Source of the DNA: a virus
Taxonomy: Duplodnaviria; Caudoviricetes
Reading direction: 5' to 3' (one strand)
IMG/VR virus record: IMGVR_UViG_3300011577_000001
Length of the DNA stretch: 64,000 bases
How positions within the stretch are numbered: the stretch's first letter is position 1; every line of letters starts with the position of its first letter. The position numbers were made by a program, and so were the translations under genes. Shown piece after piece: positions 57,597 through 64,000 of this stretch. The notes beneath the pieces were generated by a model. That model was not told where the DNA came from. It was given only the letters and a program-made list of their open reading frames with translations, and ran no database searches.

Positions 57597-58906
57597 AAGT
57601 CGCCGATTACTACTTGGCCGCCTTGAATGCTGGCGCCTATAAAAAGAAGATCTGGGTACTGAGTCTGTTCAGCCTTTTGGTTGACCCAAAGGAATATCGG
57701 TTCCCGTACGAGATCGTGAAGACCGACAAGAATGTGTTCTTCCGTAACCCTGATGACTTAGATGACCTCGTGTTACTGGACGACGCTCCGATTGATCGTC
57801 CGGTCCTGACCTTCAAGGACAAGCTCCAAATCACCCCTGATCGGGTTCCTAACCTGGCTGCGCCGATCACGACCACAGCGGGTAACTTGCTGTTTAACTT
57901 CTACGTCCTGATCTACTCGATGGGCAAGAAGATTCCATACTTGGAAGGGCGTCTGACGCCTAAGGGTGTGGAGGCGTTGATCCAGCCTCGTCTGACGTCG
58001 AACCCTGTGAACAATGGGGAGAACTACGACCCGAACGATCTGAACCCGATCTACGTTTCAGAGTACAAGAAGTTCAACCGTGCAATGTTTGCACTGATGG
58101 GCTTCACACAGCTCTGTGTGCCGTCTGCTACGCCTCGGACGATGTCGACTGACCCTCGTATCCCTGAGATCCGAAACAAGCTGGTAGAGAAGTACAAGGA
58201 CCGTCTGAACGACCCAGCCGTGATCTCGATGATCGATGCTGAGTTGATCAAGATCGACAAAGAGTGGATGAAGAACGACCCCGATGGCGGTGCTGGCTTC
58301 TACGTGAACGAGAACAAGTCTTACGACGTTGTGCGTAAGAAAGTGTTCCTGATGCACGGTGCAGAAGCAGGCTTCCAAGAAGGTACGGATGTTGACTTCA
58401 TCAAGAACTCCCTGAACGAAGGTTGGGAGATCGAGAAGCTACCGAGCATGGTGAACTCCTTGCGTGAGGGTTCGTATAACCGTGGTCGAGACACAGCACT
58501 CGGTGGTGAAGCGGTGAAGTTCCTGGGTCGTGTTTTCCAGAACACGGTGATTGCAGAGAAGGACTGTGGGTCTACTCTGGGCTGGGACAAGGAAGTTACC
58601 GAGGACAACTACAAGGATTATGCTGGCTTCTATGAGAACACCCCAAAGGGCCCTGTCCTCTTAGAAGAAGCTTACCTCAAGGGTAAGATCGGTAAAACTA
58701 TCAACATGAGAACACCCATGTTGTGTAGGACTCCGAAAACCGGCTTCTGCGAATGCTGTATGGGCGCAAAGAACGCCCTGAACCCAACCTCGCTGGGTTT
58801 GCTGGCGGCAGACGTAGGTTCCCAGATGATGGGCATTTTCATGGGTGCCATGCATGGCAAATCACTTAAGACTGCGCCCTATAACTTCAAGAAGATGATC
58901 TTTTAA
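57593..58906 (+). CDS. rpoC: virion RNA polymerase beta-prime subunit, middle fragment (phiKZ gp80-like)
   Basis: TTAGNLLFN, I.NSL.EG, bridge helix REGSYNRGRDTALGG, DCGS, RTPMLC..GFC..C.G zinc site, trigger-loop-like MGAMH. Confidence 0.85.
   Translation: MKVADYYLAALNAGAYKKKIWVLSLFSLLVDPKEYRFPYEIVKTDKNVFFRNPDDLDDLVLLDDAPIDRPVLTFKDKLQITPDRVPNLAAPITTTAGNLLFNFYVLIYSMGKKIPYLEGRLTPKGVEALIQPRLTSNPVNNGENYDPNDLNPIYVSEYKKFNRAMFALMGFTQLCVPSATPRTMSTDPRIPEIRNKLVEKYKDRLNDPAVISMIDAELIKIDKEWMKNDPDGGAGFYVNENKSYDVVRKKVFLMHGAEAGFQEGTDVDFIKNSLNEGWEIEKLPSMVNSLREGSYNRGRDTALGGEAVKFLGRVFQNTVIAEKDCGSTLGWDKEVTEDNYKDYAGFYENTPKGPVLLEEAYLKGKIGKTINMRTPMLCRTPKTGFCECCMGAKNALNPTSLGLLAADVGSQMMGIFMGAMHGKSLKTAPYNFKKMIF
58859..58906 (+). 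repeat. recoded copy of the RNAP gene 3' end (in use)
   Basis: KSLKTAPYNFKKMIF*; 34/48 nt identical to 59557-59604. Confidence 0.85.
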
Positions 58907-58946
58907 TTCCACGCATGCCTTATCATATAACACTTTGACGTGAGTT

Positions 58947-59558
58947 GTGATGATGGCTAGGAAGAATAAGGTGTGCGGGTTCTATAAGCTCCTGCACAAA
59001 CCTTCTGGTAAGTTTTACCTCGGTAGTAGTGCAGATGTTCTTGGACGACTGGCTCACCATAAGTGGGCGCTCAGGAAAGATCAGAATGCGTGTAGGAAGC
59101 TCCAAGAGGCTTTCAACACTCATCCCGACCTAGATCAACTGGATATCCTGATTCATCCCTGTAAGACTCGAGAAGAAGCTTACGACATGGAACAATCCTG
59201 GGTGGATCGTTTTTGGGATCATCCTGACTGCTTAAATAGTAGTCGAGATGTTCGTAGTCCAATCACAGAGCAGATGCACAAACCCGAGGTTAATGATAAG
59301 CGCAAACAGACTTGGGCTAAACGAGCTGAAAGCGAAGAGTTCCGTCAGGCTATGGGTAAGTACTCAGAATCTAGATGGAAGAGCCCAGGTGCCCGTGAAG
59401 CTTTCTCTGGTGCTAATAACCCGTTTGCCAAAGGCATCAAGATCGACGGGACCGAATATGGTTCTGTTAAAGATGCTGTCAGAGCCACGGGGGTTAGTGA
59501 AAAGACTATTCGCAAAAGGGCTAACCTAGAGTCGTTCCTTAACTACTCTTGGACTTAA
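58947..59558 (+). mobile_element. free-standing GIY-YIG homing endonuclease
   Basis: GFY....FYLGSS....R..HH, E..W, LN, NUMOD3-like SGANNPF, C-terminal IDG.EY.S..DA.RA.G helix-turn-helix. Confidence 0.88.
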
Positions 59559-59604
59559 GTCCTTGAAGACCGCCAAGTACGATTTCAAGAAGATGATTTT
59601 CTAA
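59557..59604 (+). pseudogene. displaced original 3' end of the RNAP beta-prime gene
   Basis: Reads KSLKTAKYDFKKMIF*; 13/15 aa identical to the functional C-terminus. Confidence 0.8.
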
Positions 59605-59651
59605 AGTCTATCTTCTGAAGCAGTTCATTCTCAATACGGAGACAGTCCCAA

Positions 59652-60566
59652 ATGGGCAAGCAAAACAACACCACCCAAACTCAAACTCAACAGCAGGGTG
59701 AACAGGATGTTCAGGACCAGGACAAGTTGGCTACTATTGGCGCTATCGACGACGCTGAGCAAGACAGCGAAGCCTCTGGCGATTCGAGCGGCGAACAGAG
59801 CGACGGCCAGGGCGGCACCGATTCCGAAGGCTCCGAGGGTGATGGGTCGTCCGATGCGGGCTCGGACGCAGAAGCGCTGGCAGCGCTCGAGGCGCTGACC
59901 GCTGCTGGTCTGGCTGGCGGTGAAACCGGTGCTGATCAAGGTGAAGGTGGTGATGAAGGCGAGGCCGCTGATGAAGACCCCATCAACGATGCTCCCGCTG
60001 TAGTCGACGCCCCGGCTCAAGGCGACCTGCCTTCCGTGGCTGACGCCCCGAACGATACCCCAGTGGCCATCCAACACGCACGTGCGCCGTCGGTGACCCT
60101 GACCCCAGTCGCTGTTACCAAAGAAGAGATCAAAGTGCAGCAGAACAACCTCACCCTGACCATCCTGGCCAACCAGCTCGCTGAATACGCCAAAACCATG
60201 CACCCGTCGCAGCCGATGACCGCTACCATCGGTAAGACCCAGCAGACCATCTTGTGGCGCACCATCGACGCCATCCTGAAGCTGGAAGGTGCCGAGTTCA
60301 TCAAGGGCTACACCATGCTGCTGGCCTTCGTGAACGAGAACCGCGACGGTGCTCTGAACGAGCGTTACATCTACCGTTACTTCGCGGATCTCACCATGCC
60401 GAACAACGACCGCAAGAACTTCAACCGCATCCTGAACCTGCTGTCGGCGACTGCTGATCCGGCCACCCGTCGTCTGGGTCTGGAACAAGCTGACCTGGCT
60501 GCTTCCCTGGCTGGCTTCCGCGACGGCGCCATCCAACAGCGTGTGACCGAGTTCTACTCGCTGTAA
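59652..60566 (+). CDS. virion head protein with acidic low-complexity N-terminus (gp79-like)
   Basis: D/E/G/S-rich propeptide-like region with ALE site; strong codon bias; synteny. Confidence 0.55.
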   Translation: MGKQNNTTQTQTQQQGEQDVQDQDKLATIGAIDDAEQDSEASGDSSGEQSDGQGGTDSEGSEGDGSSDAGSDAEALAALEALTAAGLAGGETGADQGEGGDEGEAADEDPINDAPAVVDAPAQGDLPSVADAPNDTPVAIQHARAPSVTLTPVAVTKEEIKVQQNNLTLTILANQLAEYAKTMHPSQPMTATIGKTQQTILWRTIDAILKLEGAEFIKGYTMLLAFVNENRDGALNERYIYRYFADLTMPNNDRKNFNRILNLLSATADPATRRLGLEQADLAASLAGFRDGAIQQRVTEFYSL

Positions 60567-60567
60567 G

Positions 60568-60621
60568 GCGGCATAGAAGCAAAAAAAAAAGAGCCCTGGG
60601 AAACCGGGGCTCTTTATGCCG
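60568..60621. terminator. bidirectional terminator
   Basis: GGCATA..A10-GAGCCCTGG-GAAA-CCGGGGCTC-TTTATGCC. Confidence 0.8.
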
Positions 60622-60624
60622 CAC

Positions 60625-61236
60625 TCAATGTACGGTGTAGTCATGGTTGATGTGTTTGGACACTTGCTTGGTACGTTCACAGATAACCTTCGTTTGTGCA
60701 ACGGAGGCATTCATGAAGTGGAGCACGCGACCGATCATATCGACCGAGACTTCTTCACGGAAGCAACCTTCCATGTTGGCAAACAGTGTAACAAGGTAGT
60801 CGTCGATCACCGAGAACATCCTTAATGGATTAGTCTCGGGGCGAATGTGTTGCAGATACATCGTGATGCGGAACTGGTCATACGCTTCGGCTAAGAAGAA
60901 CCCAGCGAAGAGTAAGCCCATGTGACGAACGAACCCCATAACCCAGGCAGGACCCATCAGGTGCCACGCAAAGTTAAAACCGTGCAGGACTTGAAGACGC
61001 AGGGTCTGATCGTTCAGTTCATGACCCACCCAAGAGAAGTGGTAGGCGCTGTCTGGTATCGCATAACGAGTAGACAACATGTATCGCAAATACGGCTGTT
61101 CCAACAACTGAATCATCAGGTGTCGTAAATCAGGAGGGCACCGAGGGTCGGAGAAGAACGCGTCGGGTGCCAAGTTGAAAAGCTGTTCAGCACGATGTTT
61201 GGGCATCTCACCGAAGATTACTGCCGATTGTTCCAT
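60625..61236 (-). CDS. hypothetical protein
   Basis: GAGGAG RBS favours start at 61236. Confidence 0.65.
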   Translation of the reverse strand: MEQSAVIFGEMPKHRAEQLFNLAPDAFFSDPRCPPDLRHLMIQLLEQPYLRYMLSTRYAIPDSAYHFSWVGHELNDQTLRLQVLHGFNFAWHLMGPAWVMGFVRHMGLLFAGFFLAEAYDQFRITMYLQHIRPETNPLRMFSVIDDYLVTLFANMEGCFREEVSVDMIGRVLHFMNASVAQTKVICERTKQVSKHINHDYTVH

Positions 61237-61293
61237 ACTCCTCACCTTTCTAAAGGCTGGCATAAAACGTAGGGGTCCGTAGACCCCCACAAT

Positions 61294-62871
61294 TTAAATC
61301 ACGTAATCGGTTGTGTACAACTTGTGACTGACCACTCGACCACGGAAAGTTTCCACCTTGCGGTCGTGATACTCGATATGCTTTTCAATGTCGCTACACA
61401 CCAAGTAGAAGAAGATCGGTACAGCATCGGGCCAGATCTTCAAGATCGTATCCCGTAGGCGCCCCATCGCTTGCAGGTTTGCCTGACTGGAACCCAATCC
61501 ATCCGTCATGTACACATGGAGCAGCTTTGGAATGTCCTGGGCCGTACCAAGTGATTTCAGGGTGGAGATAATGATGTCCGACTCTAACATCTCGTCGAAA
61601 TCATCTTCTGCTGTATACCGCATGACCTTCAAGTCAGGGTGACGTGGACGCAGGTAATCTGCCATCAACGTACACATTTCCACCGTGGCGAAGTACATCA
61701 AGCATTTCTGCCCTTCCTTCATTACACGGCGGTAGTTCTGCTGGATGATGTCAGCGTTCATCTCCAGATAAGCTTTCAACGACTCTTTATTCTTCGGGTC
61801 CATCAGGGCCTGTTCGAAGATGATGTGCGAATAGGACTTACGGGCCCTATTGATCCATTTGAGTCGTGTTGGCTGTTTCAACCGATACGCAAGCGCTTCC
61901 ACTGTGGTGTAGATCACCCGCTCGCCGTTGTCAATCCGTTCCCGTTTCGGGAACATGATCTCCTTACGACGGTTCAGGAAATCGTCATCACCTTCCAGCG
62001 TACCGGACAGTGAGAGCGCTTTCTGACAGTGCATGTACAGGTCTTGGCGATAGTTGAGGTGGAAGTCCTGGTGAACCTCGTCAATCAACCGGAAGCCAAT
62101 CCCAAGGGTTTGATAGAAGTTAGGTGGAGTGCACCCGTACCCGATGTCTAACAGACCATCTTTAAACTTCTCATAATCCTTCAGGTAGTTGTAGAACGTC
62201 GTGTTGGAGCAGATGATGATCTTCGCATCCAACGCATTCGCCACAGCCAGGTTCGTCGCAAGCGCAAGCTGCTTGGAACCTTGGATCACCATCAGGTCAC
62301 CCTTCTTTAACTTAAACGCAGCCTCAATGTCACCGATCCACTTCTTGATGTACATGGCTTTGATGCAGATAAACACCCGCTTGCCATAACTCGCGATAGC
62401 AGTCAATGCCATAAAGGTTTTACCACGACCGGGATCGACCGTGATGATTTTTGTGACACCGTCTTGTCCGACGTACTCAATCTTGGGGATCTGGTCGTCT
62501 CGGGGAGTACGTTTGTCGATAACATCGAACGACGCTGGGAAGCCGTAGTTCTCGACTAAGTACTCGTACTGGATGTTCTGGTCGTTAAACCCGTACATCT
62601 TCAGGTGTCGCTTAAGGTCGTCTAACTCATTCCGGTGGAAGTGAAAGAATGACCTGTCATGTGCTACCCCTACAAAGACGCGCAGCATGGCACGTTTGAA
62701 TTGCCCATTGGGCATTCGCTCCATGCCGTACTGCGCTAAGCCCCTACAGAACTCCAGCAGGGCAAACTTCACCCGGTGATCGAAATCGGTCACACGGACG
62801 TGATGACTCGCCACAATGATGCGCAAGTCCGGCTTTGCAATGGTAGGTGGGATCGGGGTTAAACTCGACAC
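61294..62871 (-). CDS. superfamily 2 helicase (phiKZ gp75/UvsW-like)
   Basis: GRGKT, DEVH, LSGT, LGTAQDIP, QAMGRLR. Confidence 0.9.
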   Translation of the reverse strand: MSSLTPIPPTIAKPDLRIIVASHHVRVTDFDHRVKFALLEFCRGLAQYGMERMPNGQFKRAMLRVFVGVAHDRSFFHFHRNELDDLKRHLKMYGFNDQNIQYEYLVENYGFPASFDVIDKRTPRDDQIPKIEYVGQDGVTKIITVDPGRGKTFMALTAIASYGKRVFICIKAMYIKKWIGDIEAAFKLKKGDLMVIQGSKQLALATNLAVANALDAKIIICSNTTFYNYLKDYEKFKDGLLDIGYGCTPPNFYQTLGIGFRLIDEVHQDFHLNYRQDLYMHCQKALSLSGTLEGDDDFLNRRKEIMFPKRERIDNGERVIYTTVEALAYRLKQPTRLKWINRARKSYSHIIFEQALMDPKNKESLKAYLEMNADIIQQNYRRVMKEGQKCLMYFATVEMCTLMADYLRPRHPDLKVMRYTAEDDFDEMLESDIIISTLKSLGTAQDIPKLLHVYMTDGLGSSQANLQAMGRLRDTILKIWPDAVPIFFYLVCSDIEKHIEYHDRKVETFRGRVVSHKLYTTDYVI

Positions 62872-62887
62872 TTCCTACCTCCAACAC

Positions 62888-64000
62888 TTACTGTCTAGTC
62901 AAGTCCCCCATCATCAGAGGGTCCAGTGGGTGGTCTGGTCGGTTCTTCAAAATGAAGGTACGGATGTCTTGGAGCGTAGCCCCTTGACGCTCGTACGCCA
63001 TGGACGCAGTCAGGCTGCGGTGATCCATGTTATCCTCGTAGTACCCAATTTCACCGTTCTCACGGTCTAGTGGTAAGCGGTGGTCCCGTTTCTCCACGCT
63101 CTCCACCATGGTGGACAGAATGATCACCTCAAGGTGTTGGATGTTCACATTCAGCTTCGAGCTGATCAGCCCGTAGAACGCAAACAGTGCTTCCTCGGTG
63201 TTCGAGTAGGCATTCGAGGTCTGGTAGCGCGAACGCTTCCCACGCGGTTTGCCTTTCCGGGTCGGGGCCGCTTTGATGAACTTCTCGATCTCGCCCATGT
63301 ATTCCACCATGTTGGTGTGTTTCATGGGGAGCTTGAACATTACATCGTTGTAGTCCCAGTTGGTCAGGTCGATGACATAGTCACCGCGCGAGGTCAGATC
63401 CCATCCGTTACGCTTGATGTAGATCAACGCTTCTTCAGTCAGGTACGACAGACGCGAACCCATCGAGACCGACAGGTTGACTTTGTCCGCCGTTTCCTCG
63501 GGTCCAGGGATTTCCAGGGTGATGTCGACGATTTCCGACAGCCGTTCCAACGGTAGCGCCCGTACAGTCCGTACCCGGTTAAGGTCCGGCAGTCGTGGTG
63601 CGTAATCCGCAGGGATAACCATCTTGATCGGTTGACCAGCGAACTCAGCATTGAGCTTGACTTCGTTGCCCATTGTACCCAGTCGCAGATACGCCTGATC
63701 GTGTTCGTTGATGTAGAAGTCATCGACCACAGAGCTACCATCCAGGTGTTTGGTAGACAGAACGCTTTGCGACACCAGCTCACATAAGGTTGTGGCAGAG
63801 ACGTGACCCAATACAGTACCGGGCGGAATCGAGAATGCCAGCTCACCCATGCAGGTAGAACACACACCGTAACGGTCGGGGTGCTTACATTTCAGTACGG
63901 TCCGTACTTCAATTTCAGTCCCGATCAGGTGACGCTGGTGTTTCAGGATCGGGAACAGACCCTCAGGGGTCACCCGATACTTACCTTCCAGAGCCTGGAA
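62888..64000 (-). CDS. rpoC: non-virion RNA polymerase beta-prime subunit, C-terminal fragment (phiKZ gp74-like), 5'-partial
   Basis: RTVLKC....GVCSTCMG, SQSVLSTKH, HLEVII; frame open to window end. Confidence 0.82.
   Translation of the reverse strand, partial: FQALEGKYRVTPEGLFPILKHQRHLIGTEIEVRTVLKCKHPDRYGVCSTCMGELAFSIPPGTVLGHVSATTLCELVSQSVLSTKHLDGSSVVDDFYINEHDQAYLRLGTMGNEVKLNAEFAGQPIKMVIPADYAPRLPDLNRVRTVRALPLERLSEIVDITLEIPGPEETADKVNLSVSMGSRLSYLTEEALIYIKRNGWDLTSRGDYVIDLTNWDYNDVMFKLPMKHTNMVEYMGEIEKFIKAAPTRKGKPRGKRSRYQTSNAYSNTEEALFAFYGLISSKLNVNIQHLEVIILSTMVESVEKRDHRLPLDRENGEIGYYEDNMDHRSLTASMAYERQGATLQDIRTFILKNRPDHPLDPLMMGDLTRQ

Noticed and set aside
58907-59604. Group I intron in the RNAP gene
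   Set aside because: The gene has its own stop at 58906 and only about 40 nt of non-coding sequence flank the endonuclease, too little for a ribozyme core.
1-64000. tRNA genes and CRISPR arrays
   Set aside because: No cloverleaf or regularly spaced repeats noticed by eye; dispersed hairpins are terminators. A tRNAscan-SE run would be needed to be certain.

Overview
The window is 64 kb of a phiKZ-related jumbo phage genome (Chimalliviridae-like, relatively GC-rich, probably a Pseudomonas host). The assignment rests on motifs and gene order recalled from phiKZ; no database search was run. Left to right: (1) 0-12.4 kb is a minus-strand accessory and nucleotide-metabolism block with a NUDIX-like hydrolase, a PRPP-synthetase-like plus NAMPT-like pair (NARP1 NAD+ reconstitution architecture), a DUF4262-like protein, a SLOG/DprA-like protein, dCTP deaminase and an HNH endonuclease. 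(2) 12.5-25 kb is an array of 16 virion fibre-like genes from two paralogue families. (3) 25-42.8 kb holds thymidylate kinase and the conserved head inner-body/baseplate module (phiKZ gp84-gp101-like). (4) 42.8-44.5 kb is a split family-B DNA polymerase subunit. (5) 44.5-53.6 kb is small early/accessory genes. (6) 53.6-64 kb holds a DarG-like macrodomain, a tail-chaperone-like gene pair, a virion RNAP beta-prime subunit followed by a GIY-YIG endonuclease, an SF2 helicase and a partial non-virion RNAP beta-prime subunit. The strongest hunt results are: a structured, terminator-bounded RNA of about 140 nt carrying 17 nt complementary to the 3' end of host 16S rRNA (50593-50740); a homing endonuclease that carries a recoded replacement 3' end of the RNAP gene with the original end stranded downstream; a -1 frameshift (T TTT TTC) fusing two tail-chaperone-like ORFs; a modular fibre system with repeated docking-strand-like motifs; and a hairpin+TTATGC terminator signature. 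No rRNA genes, tRNA genes or CRISPR arrays were seen.
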